From assembly GCA_964016885.1 (NCBI GenBank), contig OZ024741.1, forward strand, positions 130,324,001 to 130,388,000: a DNA stretch of 64,000 nucleotides. Reading direction: 5' to 3'. Under the pieces are notes generated by a model. That model worked only from the letters and a program-made list of their open reading frames with translations, did not search any database and had not been told where the DNA came from. This document shows positions 47,473-62,400 of this stretch, in pieces (positions within the stretch are counted from its first letter, which is position 1; each line of letters begins with the position of its first letter). The translations under genes were made by a program, and so were the position numbers. Source of the stretch: Eledone cirrhosa. Lineage: Eukaryota.

Positions 47473-50400
47473 CATATTTGTCTGTGTAAATAGGGTTAGA
47501 AGCGGTGAACATATAACTTTACAAATCATATTTGTCAGTGTAACTAGGGTTAGAAGCGGTGAACATATAACTTTACACATCATATTTGTCTGTGTAACTA
47601 AGGTTAGAGGCGGTGAACATATAACTTTACACATCATATTTGTCTGTGTAACTAGGGTTAGAAGCGGTGAACATATAACTTTACACATCATATTTGTCTG
47701 TGTAACTAGGGTTAGAAGCGGTGAACATACAACTTTACACGTCATATTTGTCTGTGTAACTAGGGTTGGAAGCGGTGAACAAATAACTTTACACATCATA
47801 TTTGTCTGTGTAACTAGGGTTGGAAGCGGTGAACATATAACTTTACACATCATATTTGTCTGTGTAACTAGGGTTGGAAGCAGTGAACATATAACTTTAC
47901 ACATCATATTTGTCTGTGTAACTAGGGTTGGAAGCGGTGAACAAATAACTTTACACATCATATTTGTCTGTGTAACTAGGGTTGGAAGCAGTGAACATAT
48001 AACTTTACACATCATATTTGTCTGTGTAACTAGGGTTGGAAGCAGTGAACATATAACTTTATACATCATATTTGTCTGTGTAACTAGGGTTAGAAGCGGT
48101 GAACATACAACTTTACACATCATATTTGTCTGTGTAACTAGGGTTGGAAGCGGTGAACATACAACTTTACACATCATATTTGTCTGTGTAACTAGGGTTG
48201 GAAGCAGTGAACATATAACTTTACACATCATATTTGTCTGTGTAACTAGGGTTGGAAGCAGTGAACAAATAACTTTACACATCATATTTGTCTGTGTAAA
48301 TAGGGTTAGAAGCGGTGAACATACAAATTTACACATCATATTTGTCTGTGTAACTAGGGTTAGAGGCAGTGAACATATAACTTTACACATCATATTTGTC
48401 TGTGTAACTAGGGTTAGAAGCAGTGAACATATAACTTTACACATCATATTTGTCTGTGTAACTAGAGTTAGAAGCGGTGAACATACAACTTTACACATCA
48501 TATTTGTCTGTGTAACTAGGGTTAGAGGCAGTGAACATATAACTTTACACATCATATTTGTCTGTGTAACTAGGGTTAGAAGCATTGAACATATAACTTT
48601 ACACATCATATTTGTCTGTGTAACTAGGGTTGGAAGCAGAGAACATATAACTTTACACATCATATTTGTCTGTGTAACTAGGGTTAGAAGCAGTGAATAT
48701 ACAACTTTACACTTCATATTTGTCTGTGTAACTAGGGTTGGAAGCAGTGAACATATAACTTTACACATCATATTTGTCTGTGTAACTAGGGTTGGAAGCG
48801 GTGAACATATAACTTTACACATCATATTTGTCTGTGTAACTAGGGTTGGAAGCAGTGAACATATAACTTTACACATCATATTTGTCTGTGTAACTAGGGT
48901 TGGAAGCAGTGAACATATAAATTTACACATCATATTTGTCTGTGTAACTAGGGTTGGAAGCAGTGAACATATAACTTTACACATCATATTTGTCTGTGTA
49001 ACTAGGGTTAGAAGCAGTGAACATATAACTTTACACATCATATTTGTCTGTGTAACTAGGGTTAGAAGCAGTGAATAAACAACTTTACACTTCATATTTG
49101 TCTGTGTAACTAGGGTTGGAAGCAGTGAACATATAACTTTACACATCATATTTGTCTCTGTAACTAGGGTTGGAAGCAGTGAACATATAACTTTACACAT
49201 CATATTTGTCTGTGTAACTAGGGTTAGAAGAAGTGAACATATAACTTTACACATCATATTTGTCTGTGTAACTAGGGTTGGAAGCAGTGAACATATAACT
49301 TTACACATCATATTTGTCTGTGTAACTAGGGTTAGAAGCAGTGAACATATAACTTTACACATCATATTTGTCTGTGTAACTAGGGTTAGAAGCAGTGAAT
49401 ATACAACTTTACACTTCATATTTGTCTGTGTAACTAGGGTTGGAAGCAGTGAACATATAACTTTACACATCATATTTGTCTGTGTAACTAGGGTTGGAAG
49501 CAGTGAACATATAACTTTACACATCATATTTGTCTGTGTAACTAGGGTTGGAAGCAGTGAACATATAACTTTACAGATCATATTTGTCTGTGTAACTAGG
49601 GTTGGAAGCAGTGAACATATAACTTTACACATCATATTTGTCTGTGTAACTAGGGTTAGAAGCAGTGAACATATAACTTTACACATCATATTTGTCTGTG
49701 TAACTAGGGTTAGAAGCAGTGAATATACAACTTTACACTTCATATTTGTCTGTGTAACTAGGGTTGGAAGCAGTGAACATATAACTTTACACATCATATT
49801 TGTCTGTGTAACTAGGGTTGGAAGCGGTGAACATATAACTTTACACATCATATTTGTCTGTGTAACTAGGGTTGGAAGCAGTGAACATATAACTTTACAC
49901 ATCATATTTGTCTGTGTAACTAGGGTTGGAAGCAGTGAACATATAAATTTACACATCATATTTGTCTGTGTAACTAGGGTTGGAAGCAGTGAACATATAA
50001 CTTTACACATCATATTTGTCTGTGTAACAAGGGTTGGAAGCGGTGAACATATAACTTTACACATCATATTTGTCTGTGTAACTAGGGTTGGAAGCAGTGA
50101 ACATATAACTTTACACATCATATTTGTCTGTGTAACTAGGGTTGGAAGCAGTGAACATATAACTTTACACATCATATTTGTCCGTGTAACTAGGGTTGGA
50201 AGCAGTGAACATATAACTTTACACATCATATTTGTCTGTGTAACTGGGGTTGGAAGCAGTGAATATATAACTTTACACATCATATTTGTCTGTGTAACTA
50301 GGGTTGGAAGCGGTGAACATATAACTTTACACATCATATTTGTCTGTGTAACTAGGGTTAGAAGCAGTGAACATATAACTTTACACATCATATTTGTCTG

Positions 50401-53400
50401 TGTAACTAGGGTTGGAAGCAGTGAACATATAACTTTACACATCATATTTGTCTGTGTAACTAGGGTTGGAAGCAGTGAACATATAACTTTACACATCATA
50501 TTTGTCTGTGTAACTAGGGTTGGAAGAGGTGAACATATAACTTTACACATCATATTTGTCTGTGTAACTAGGGTTGGAAGCAGTGAACATATAACTTTAC
50601 ACATCATATTTGTCTGTGTAACTAGGGTTGGAAGCAGTGAACATATAACTTTACACATCATATTTGTCTGTGTAACTAGGGTTGGAAGCAGTGAACATAT
50701 AACTTTACACATCTTATTTGTCTGTTTAACTAGGGTTGGAAGCAGTGAACATATAACTTTACACATCATATTTGTCTGTGTAACTAGGGTTGGAAGAGGT
50801 GAACATATAACTTTACACATCATATTTGTCTGTGTAACTAGGGTTGGAAGCAGTGAACATATAACTTTACACATCATATTTGTCTGTGTAACTAGGGCTG
50901 GAAGCAGAGAACATGTAACTTTACACATCATATTTGTCTGCGTAACTCGGGTTGGAAGCGGTGAACATATAACTTTACACATCATATTTGTCTGTGGAAC
51001 TAGGGTTGGAAGCGGTGAACATATAACTTTACACATCATATTTGTCTGTGTAACTAGGGTTGGAAGCAGTGAACATATAACTTTACACATCATATTTGTC
51101 TTTGTAACTAGGGTTGGAAGCAGTGAACATATGACTTTACACATCATATTTGTCTGTGTAACTAGGGTTGGAAGCGGTGAACATATAACTTTACACATCA
51201 TATTTGTCCGTGTAACTAGGGTTGGAAGCAGTGAACATATAACTTTACACATCATATTTGTCTGTGTAACTAGGGTTGGAAGCAGTGAACATATAACTTT
51301 ACACATCATATTTGTCTGTGTAACTAGGGTTGGAAGAGGTGAACATATAACTTTACACATCATATTTGTCTGTGTAACTAGGGTTGGAAGCAGTGAACAT
51401 ATAACTTTACACATCATATTTGTCTGTGTAACTAGGGTTGGAAGCAGTGAACATATAACTTTACACATCATATATGTCTGTGTAACTAGGGTTGGAAGCA
51501 GTGAACATATAACTTTACACATCATATTTGTCTGGGTAACTAGGGTTAGAAGCAGTGAACATACAACTTTACACATCATATTTGGCTGTGTAACTAGGGT
51601 TGGAAGCAGTGAACATATAACTTTACACATCATATTTGTCTTTGTAACTAGGGTTGGAAGCAGTGAACATATAACTTTACACATCATATTTGTCTGTGTA
51701 ACTAGGGTTGGAAGCAGTGAACATATAACTTTACACATCATATTTGTCTGTGTAACTCGGGTTGGAAGAGGTGAACATATAACTTTACACATCATGTTTG
51801 TCTGTGTAACTAGGGTTGGAAGCAGTGAACATATAACTTTACACATCATATTTGTCTGTGTAACTAGGGTTGGAAGCGGTGAACATATAACTTTACACAT
51901 CATATTTGTCTGTTTAACTAGGGTTGGAAGCAGTGAACATATAACTTTACACATCATATTTGTCTGTGTAACTAGGGTTGGAAGAGGTGAACATATAACT
52001 TTACACATCATATTTGTCTGTGTAACTAGGGTTGGAAGCAGTGAACATATAACTTTACACATCATATTTGTCTGTGTAACTAGGGCTGGAAGCAGTGAAC
52101 ATGTAACTTTACACATCATATTTGTCTGCGTAACTCGGGTTGGAAGCGGTGAACATATAACTTTACACATCATATTTGTCTGTGGAACTAGGGTTGGAAG
52201 CGGTGAACAAATAACTTTACACATCATATTTGTCTGTGTAACTAGGGTTAGAAGCAGTGAACATATAACTTTACACATCATATTTGTCACTGTAACTAGG
52301 GTTGGAAGCAGTGAACATATAACTTTACAGATCATATTTGTCTGTGTAACTAGGGTTGGAAGCAGTGAACATACAACTTTACACATCATATTTGTCTGTG
52401 TAACTAGGGTTGGAAGCAGTGAACATATAACTTTACACATCATATTTGTCTGTGTAACTAGTGTAAGAAGCAGTGAACATATAACTTTACACATCATATT
52501 TGTCTGTGTAACAAGGGTTAGAAGCAGTGAACATATAACTTTACACATCATATTTGTCTGTGTAACTAGGGTTGGAAGCAGTGAACATATAACTTTACAC
52601 ATCATATTTATCTGTGTAACTAGGGTTAGAAGCAGTGAACATATAACTTTACACATCATATTTGTCTGTGTAACTATGGTTAGAAGCAGTGAATATACAA
52701 CTTTACACATCATATTTGTCTGTGTAACTAGGGTTGGAAGCAGTGAACATATAACTTTACACATCATATTTTTCTATGTAACTAGGGTTGGAAGCAGTGA
52801 ACATATAACTTTACACATCATATTTGTCTTTGTAACTAGGGTTGGAAGCGGTGAACAAATAACTTTACACATCATATTTGTGTGTGGAACTAGTGTTCGA
52901 AGCGGTGAACATATAACTTTACACATCATATTTGTCTGTTTAACTAGGGTTGGAAGCAGTGAACATATAAATTTACACATCATATTTGTCTGTGTAACTA
53001 GGGTTGGAAGCGGTGAACATATAACTTTACACATCATATTTGTCTGTGTAACTAGGGTTGGAAGCAGTGAACATATAACTTAACACATCATATTTGTCTG
53101 TGTAACTAGGGTTGGAAGCGGTGAACATATAACTTTACACATCATATTTGTCTGTGTAACTAGGGTTGGAAGCGGTGAACATATAACTTTACACATCATA
53201 TTTGTCTGTGTAACTAGGGTTAGAAGCGGTGAACATACAACTTTACACGTCATATTTGTCTGTGTAACTAGGGTTGGAAGCGGTGAACAAATAACTTTAC
53301 ACATCATATTTGTCTGTGTAACTAGGGTTGGAAGCGGTGAACATATAACTTTACACATCATATTTGTCTGTGTAACTAGGGTTGGAAGCAGTGAACATAT

Positions 53401-56400
53401 AACTTTACACATCATATTTGTCTGTGTAACTAGGGTTGGAAGCGGTGAACAAATAACTTTACACATCATATTTGTCTGTGTAACTAGGGTTGGAAGCAGT
53501 GAACATATAACTTTACACATCATATTTGTCTGTGTAACTAGGGTTGGAAGCAGTGAACATATAACTTTATACATCATATTTGTCTGTGTAACTAGGGTTA
53601 GAAGCGGTGGACATACAACTTTACACGTCATATTTGTCTGTGTAACTAGGGTTGGAAGCGGTGAACAAATAACTTTACACATCATATTTGTCTGTGTAAC
53701 TAGGGTTGGAAGCCGTGAACATATAACTTTACACATCATATTTGTCTGTGTAACTAGGGTTGGAAGCAGTGAACATATAACTTTACACATCTTATTTGTC
53801 TGTGTAACTAGGGTTGGAAGCGGTGAACATACAACTTTACACATCATATTTGTCTGTGTAACTAGGGTTGGAAGCAGTGAACATATAACTTTACACATCA
53901 TATTTGTCTGTGTAACTAGGGTTGGAAGCAGTGAACAAATAACTTTACACATCATATTTGTCTGTGTAAATAGGGTTAGAAGCGGTGAACATACAAATTT
54001 ACACATCATATTTGTCTGTGTAACTAGGGTTAGAGGCAGTGAACATATAACTTTACACATCATATTTGTCACTGTAACTAGGGTTGGAAGCAGTGAACAT
54101 ATAACTTTACAGATCATATTTGTCTGTGTAACTAGGGTTGGAAGCAGTGAACATGCAACTTTACACATCATATTTGTCTGTGTAACTAGGGTTGGAAGCA
54201 GTGAACATATAACTTTACACATCATATTTGTCTGTGTAACTAGTGTAAGAAGCAGTGAACATATAACTTTACACATCATATTTGTCTGTGTAACAAGGGT
54301 TAGAAGCAGTGAACATATAACTTTACACATCATATTTGTCTGTGTAACTAGGGTTGGAAGCAGTGAACATATAACTTTACACATCATATTTATCTGTGTA
54401 ACTAGGGTTAGAAGCAGTGAACATATAACTTTACACATCATATTTGTCTGTGTAACTATGGTTAGAAGCAGTGAATATACAACTTTACACATCATATTTG
54501 TCTGTGTAACTAGGGTTGGAAGCAGTGAACATATAACTTTACACATCATATTTTTCTATGTAACTAGGGTTGGAAGCAGTGAACATATAACTTTACACAT
54601 CATATTTGTCTTTGTAACTAGGGTTGGAAGCGGTGAACAAATAACTTTACACATCATATTTGTGTGTGGAACTAGTGTTCGAAGCGGTGAACATATAACT
54701 TTACACATCATATTTGTCTGTTTAACTAGGGTTGGAAGCAGTGAACATATAAATTTACACATCATATTTGTCTGTGTAACTAGGGTTGGAAGCGGTGAAC
54801 ATATAACTTTACACATCATATTTGTCTGTGTAACTAGGGTTGGAAGCAGTGAACATATAACTTAACACATCATATTTGTCTGTGTAACTAGGGTTGGCAG
54901 CGGTGAACATATAACTTTACACATCATATTTGTCTGTGTAACTAGGGTTGGAAGCGGTGAACATATAACTTTACACATCATATTTGTCTGTGTAACTAGG
55001 GTTAGAAGCGGTGAACATACAACTTTACACGTCATATTTGTCTGTGTAACTAGGGTTGGAAGCGGTGAACAAATAACTTTACACATCATATTTGTCTGTG
55101 TAACTAGGGTTGGAAGCGGTGAACATATAACTTTACACATCATATTTGTCTGTGTAACTAGGGTTGGAAGCAGTGAACATATAACTTTACACATCATATT
55201 TGTCTGTGTAACTAGGGTTGGAAGCGGTGAACAAATAACTTTACACATCATATTTGTCTGTGTAACTAGGGTTGGAAGCAGTGAACATATAACTTTACAC
55301 ATCATATTTGTCTGTGTAACTAGGGTTGGAAGCAGTGAACATATAACTTTATACATCATATTTGTCTGTGTAACTAGGGTTAGAAGCGGTGAACATACAA
55401 CTTTACACGTCATATTTGTCTGTGTAACTAGGGTTGGAAGCGGTGAACAAATAACTTTACACATCATATTTGTCTGTGTAACTAGGGTTGGAAGCGGTGA
55501 ACATATAACTTTACACATCATATTTGTCTGTGTAACTAGGGTTGGAAGCAGTGAACATATAACTTTACACATCTTATTTGTCTGTGTAACTAGGGTTGGA
55601 AGCGGTGAACATACAACTTTACACATCATATTTGTCTGTGTAACTAGGGTTGGAAGCAGTGAACAAATAACTTTACACATCATATTTGTCTGTGTAAATA
55701 GGGTTAGAAGCGGTGAACATACAAATTTACACATCGTATTTGTCTGTGTAACTAGGGTTAGAGGCAGTGAACATATAACTTTACACATCATATTTGTCAC
55801 TGTAACTAGGGTTGGAAGCAGTGAACATATAACTTTACAGATCATATTTGTCTGTGTAACTAGGGTTGGAAGCAGTGAACATGCAACTTTACACATCATA
55901 TTTGTCTGTGTAACTAGGGTTGGAAGCAGTGAACATATAACTTTACACATCATATTTGTCTGTGTAACTAGTGTAAGAAGCAGTGAACATATAACTTTAC
56001 ACATCATATTTGTCTGTGTAACAAGGGTTAGAAGCAGTGAACATATAACTTTACACATCATATTTGTCTGTGTAACTAGGGTTGGAAGCAGTGAACATAT
56101 AACTTTACACATCATATTTATCTGTGTAACTAGGGTTAGAAGCAGTGAACATATAACTTTACACATCATATTTGTCTGTGTAACTATGGTTAGAAGCAGT
56201 GAATATACAACTTTACACATCATATTTGTCTGTGTAACTAGGGTTGGAAGCAGTGAACATATAACTTTACACATCATATTTTTCTATGTAACTAGGGTTG
56301 GAAGCAGTGAACATATAACTTTACACATCATATTTGTCTTTGTAACTAGGGTTGGAAGCGGTGAACAAATAACTTTACACATCATATTTGTGTGTGGAAC

Positions 56401-59400
56401 TAGTGTTCGAAGCGGTGAACATATAACTTTACACATCATATTTGTCTGTTTAACTAGGGTTGGAAACAGTGAACATATAAATTTACACATCATATTTGTC
56501 TGTGTAACTAGGGTTGGAAGCGGTGAACATATAACTTTACACATCATATTTGTCTGTGTAACTAGGGTTGGAAGCAGTGAACATATAACTTAACACATCA
56601 TATTTGTCTGTGTAACTAGGGTTGGAAGCGGTGAACATATAACTTTACACATCATATTTGTCTGTGTAACTAGGGTTGGAAGCGGTGAACATATAACTTT
56701 ACACATCATATTTGTCTGTGTAACTAGGGTTAGAAGCGGTGAACATACAACTTTACACGTCATATTTGTCTGTGTAACTAGGGTTGGAAGCGGTGAACAA
56801 ATAACTTTACACATCATATTTGTCTGTGTAACTAGGGTTGGAAGCGGTGAACATATAACTTTACACATCATATTTGTCTGCGTAACTAGGGTTGGAAGCA
56901 GTGAACATATAACTTTACACATCATATTTGTCTGTGTAACTAGGGTTGGAAGCGGTGAACAAATAACTTTACACATCATATTTGTCTGTGTAACTAGGGT
57001 TGGAAGCAGTGAACATATAACTTTACACATCATATTTGTCTGTGTAACTAGGGTTGGAAGCAGTGAACATATAACTTTATACATCATATTTGTCTGTGTA
57101 ACTAGGGTTAGAAGCGGTGAACATACAACTTTACACGTCATATTTGTCTGTGTAACTAGGGTTGGAAGCGGTGAACAAATAACTTTACACATCATATTTG
57201 TCTGTGTAACTAGGGTTGGAAGCGGTGAACATATAACTTTACACATCATATTTGTCTGTGTAACTAGGGTTGGAAGCAGTGAACATATAACTTTACACAT
57301 CTTATTTGTCTGTGTAACTAGGGTTGGAAGCGGTGAACATACAACTTTACACATCATATTTGTCTGTGTAACTAGGGTTGGAAGCAGTGAACATATAACT
57401 TTACACATCATATTTGTCTGTGTAACTAGGGTTGGAAGCAGTGAACAAATAACTTTACACATCATATTTGTCTGTGTAAATAGGGTTAGAAGCGGTGAAC
57501 ATACAAATTTACACATCATATTTGTCTGTGTAACTAGGGTTAGAGGCAGTGAACATATAACTTTACACATCATATTTGTCTGTGTAACTAGGGTTAGAAG
57601 CAGTGAACATATAACTTTACACATCATATTTGTCTGTGTAACTAGAGTTAGAAGCGGTGAACATACAACTTTACACATCATATTTGTCTGTGTAACTAGG
57701 GTTAGAGGCAGTGAACATTTAACTTTACACATCATATTTGTCTGTGTAACTAGGGTTAGAAGCATTGAACATATAACTTTACACATCATATTTGTCTGTG
57801 TAACTAGGGTTGGAAGCAGAGAACATATAACTTTACACATCATATTTGTCTGTGTAACTAGGGTTAGAAGCAGTGAATATACAACTTTACACTTCATATT
57901 TGTCTGTGTAACTAGGGTTGGAAGCAGTGAACATATAACTTTACACATCATATTTGTCTGTGTAACTAGGGTTGGAAGCGGTGAACATATAACTTTACAC
58001 ATCATATTTGTCTGTGTAACTAGGGTTGGAAGCAGTGAACATATAACTTTACACATCATATTTGTCTGTGTAACTAGGGTTGGAAGCAGTGAACATATAA
58101 ATTTACACATCATATTTGTCTGTGTAACTAGGGTTGGAAGCAGTGAACATATAACTTCACACATCATATTTGTCTGTGTAACTAGGGTTAGAAGCAGTGA
58201 ACATATAACTTTACACATCATATTTGTCTGTGTAACTAGGGTTAGAAGCAGTGAATAAACAACTTTACACTTCATATTTGTCTGTGTAACTAGGGTTGGA
58301 AGCAGTGAACATATAACTTTACACATCATATTTGTCTCTGTAACTAGGGTTGGAAGCAGTGAACATATAACTTTACACATCATATTTGTCTGTGTAACTA
58401 GGGTTAGAAGAAGTGAACATATAACTTTACACATCATATTTGTCTGTGTAACTAGGGTTGGAAGCAGTGAACATATAACTTTACACATCATATTTGTCTG
58501 TGTAACTAGGGTTAGAAGCAGTGAACATATAACTTTACACATCATATTTGTCTGTGTAACTAGGGTTAGAAGCAGTGAATATACAACTTTACACTTCATA
58601 TTTGTCTGTGTAACTAGGGTTGGAAGCAGTGAACATATAACTTTACACATCATATTTGTCTGTGTAACTAGGGTTGGAAGCAGTGAACATATAACTTTAC
58701 ACATCATATTTGTCTGTGTAACTAGGGTTGGAAGCAGTGAACATATAACTTTACAGATCATATTTGTCTGTGTAACTAGGGTTGGAAGCAGTGAACATAT
58801 AACTTTACACATCATATTTGTCTGTGTAACTAGGGTTAGAAGCAGTGAACATATAACTTTACACATCATATTTGTCTGTGTAACTAGGGTTAGAAGCAGT
58901 GAATATACAACTTTACACTTCATATTTGTCTGTGTAACTAGGGTTGGAAGCAGTGAACATATAACTTTACACATCATATTTGTCTGTGTAACTAGGGTTG
59001 GAAGCGGTGAACATATAACTTTACACATCATATTTGTCTGTGTAACTAGGGTTGGAAGCAGTGAACATATAACTTTACACATCATATTTGTCTGTGTAAC
59101 TAGGGTTGGAAGCAGTGAACATATAATTTACACATCATATTTGTCTGTGTAACTAGGGTTGGAAGCAGTGAACATATAACTTTACACATCATATTTGTCT
59201 GTGTAACAAGGGTTGGAAGCGGTGAACATATAACTTTACACATCATATTTGTCTGTGTAACTAGGGTTGGAAGCAGTGAACATATAACTTTACACATCAT
59301 ATTTGTCTGTGTAACTAGGGTTGGAAGCAGTGAACATATAACTTTACACATCATATTTGTCCGTGTAACTAGGGTTGGAAGCAGTGAACATATAACTTTA

Positions 59401-62400
59401 CACATCATATTTGTCTGTGTAACTGGGGTTGGAAGCAGTGAATATATAACTTTACACATCATATTTGTCTGTGTAACTAGGGTTGGAAGCGGTGAACATA
59501 TAACTTTACACATCATATTTGTCTGTGTAACTAGGGTTAGAAGCAGTGAACATATAACTTTACACATCATATTTGTCTGTGTAACTAGGGTTGGAAGCAG
59601 TGAACATATAACTTTACACATCATATTTGTCTGTGTAACTAGGGTTGGAAGCAGTGAACATATAACTTTACACATCATATTTGTCTGTGTAACTAGGGTT
59701 GGAAGAGGTGAACATATAACTTTACACATCATATTTGTCTGTGTAACTAGGGTTGGAAGCAGTGAACATATAACTTTACACATCATATTTGTCTGTGTAA
59801 CTAGGGTTGGAAGCAGTGAACATATAACTTTACACATCATATTTGTCTGTGTAACTAGGGTTGGAAGCAGTGAACATATAACTTTACACATCTTATTTGT
59901 CTGTTTAACTAGGGTTGGAAGCAGTGAACATATAACTTTACACATCATATTTGTCTGTGTAACTAGGGTTAGAAGCAGTGAATATACAACTTTACACTTC
60001 ATATTTGTCTGTGTAACTAGGGTTGGAAGCAGTGAACATATAACTTTACACATCATATTTGTCTGTGTAACTAGGGTTAGAAGCAGTGAACATATAACTT
60101 TACACATCATATTTGTCTGTGTAACTAGGGTTAGAAGCAGTGAATATACAACTTTACACTTCATATTTGTCTGTGTAACTAGGGTTGGAAGCAGTGAACA
60201 TATAACTTTACACATCATATTTGTCTGTGTAACTAGGGTTGGAAGCGGTGAACATATAACTTTACACATCATATTTGTCTGTGTAACTAGGGTTGGAAGC
60301 AGTGAACATATAACTTTACACATCATATTTGTCTGTGTAACTAGGGTTGGAAGCAGTGAACATATAAATTTACACATCATATTTGTCTGTGTAACTAGGG
60401 TTGGAAGCAGTGAACATATAACTTTACACATCATATTTGTCTGTGTAACAAGGGTTGGAAGCGGTGAACATATAACTTTACACATCATATTTGTCTGTGT
60501 AACTAGGGTTGGAAGCAGTGAACATATAACTTTACACATCATATTTGTCTGTGTAACTAGGGTTGGAAGCAGTGAACATATAACTTTACACATCATATTT
60601 GTCCGTGTAACTAGGGTTGGAAGCAGTGATCATATCACTTTACACATCATATTTGTCTGTGTAACTGGGGTTGGAAGCAGTGAATATATAACTTTACACA
60701 TCATATTTGTCTGTGTAACTAGGGTTGGAAGCGGTGAACATATAACTTTACACATCATATTTGTCTGTGTAACTAGGGTTAGAAGCAGTGAACATATAAC
60801 TTTACACATCATATTTGTCTGTGTAACTAGGGTTGGAAGCAGTGAACATATAACTTTACACATCATATTTGTCTGTGTAACTAGGGTTGGAAGCAGTGAA
60901 CATATAACTTTACACATCATATTTGTCTGTGTAACTAGGGTTGGAAGAGGTGAACATATAACTTTACACATCATATTTGTCTGTGTAACTAGGGTTGGAA
61001 GCAGTGAACATATAACTTTACACATCATATTTGTTTGTGTAACTAGGGTTGGAAGCAGTGAACATATAACTTTATACATCATATTTGTCTGTGTAACTAG
61101 GGTTGGAAGCAGTGAACATATAACTTTACACATCTTATTTGTCTGTTTAACTAGGGTTGGAAGCAGTGAACATATAACTTTACACATCATATTTGTCTGT
61201 GTAACTAGGGTTGGAAGAGGTGAACATATAACTTTACACATCATATTTGTCTGTGTAACTAGGGTTGGAAGCAGTGAACATATAACTTTACACATCATAT
61301 TTGTCTGTGTAACTAGGGCTGGAAGCAGAGAACATGTAACTTTACACATCATATTTGTCTGCGTAACTCGGGTTGGAAGCGGTGAACATATAACTTTACA
61401 AATCATATTTGTCTGTGGAACTAGGGTTGGAAGCGGTGAACATATAACTTTACACATCATATTTGTCTGTGTAACTAGGGTTGGAAGCAGTGAACATATA
61501 ACTTTACACATCATATTTGTCTGTGTAACTAGGGTTGGAAGCGGTGAACATATAACTTTACACATCATATTTGTCCGTGTAACTAGGGTTGGAAGCAGTG
61601 AACATATAACTTTACACATCATATTTGTCTGTGTAACTAGGGTTGGAAGCAGTGAACATATAACTTTACACATCATATTTGTCTGTGTAACTAGGGTTGG
61701 AAGAGGTGAACATATAACTTTACACATCATATTTGTCTGTGTAACTAGGGTTGGAAGCAGTGAACATATAACTTTACACATCATATTTGTCTGTGTAACT
61801 AGGGTTGGAAGCAGTGAACATATAACTTTACACATCATATATGTCTGTGTAACTAGGGTTGGAAGCAGTGAACATATAACTTTACACATCATATTTGTCT
61901 GGGTAACTAGGGTTAGAAGCAGTGAACATACAACTTTACACATCATATTTGGCTGTGTAACTAGGGTTGGAAGCAGTGAACATATAACTTTACACATCAT
62001 ATTTGTCTTTGTAACTAGGGTTGGAAGCAGTGAACATATAACTTTACACATCATATTTGTCTGTGTAACTAGGGTTGGAAGCAGTGAACATATAACTTTA
62101 CACATCATATTTGTCTGTGTAACTCGGGTTGGAAGAGGTGAACATATAACTTTACACATCATATTTGTCTGTGTAACTAGGGTTGGAAGCAGTGAACATA
62201 TAACTTTACACATCATATTTGTCTGTGTAACTAGGGTTGGAAGCGGTGAACATATAACTTTACACATCATATTTGTCTGTTTAACTAGGGTTGGAAGCAG
62301 AGAACATATAACTTTACACATCATATTTGTCTGTGTAACTAGGGTTGGAAGAGGTGAACATATAACTTTACACATCATATTTGTCTGTGTAACTAGGGTT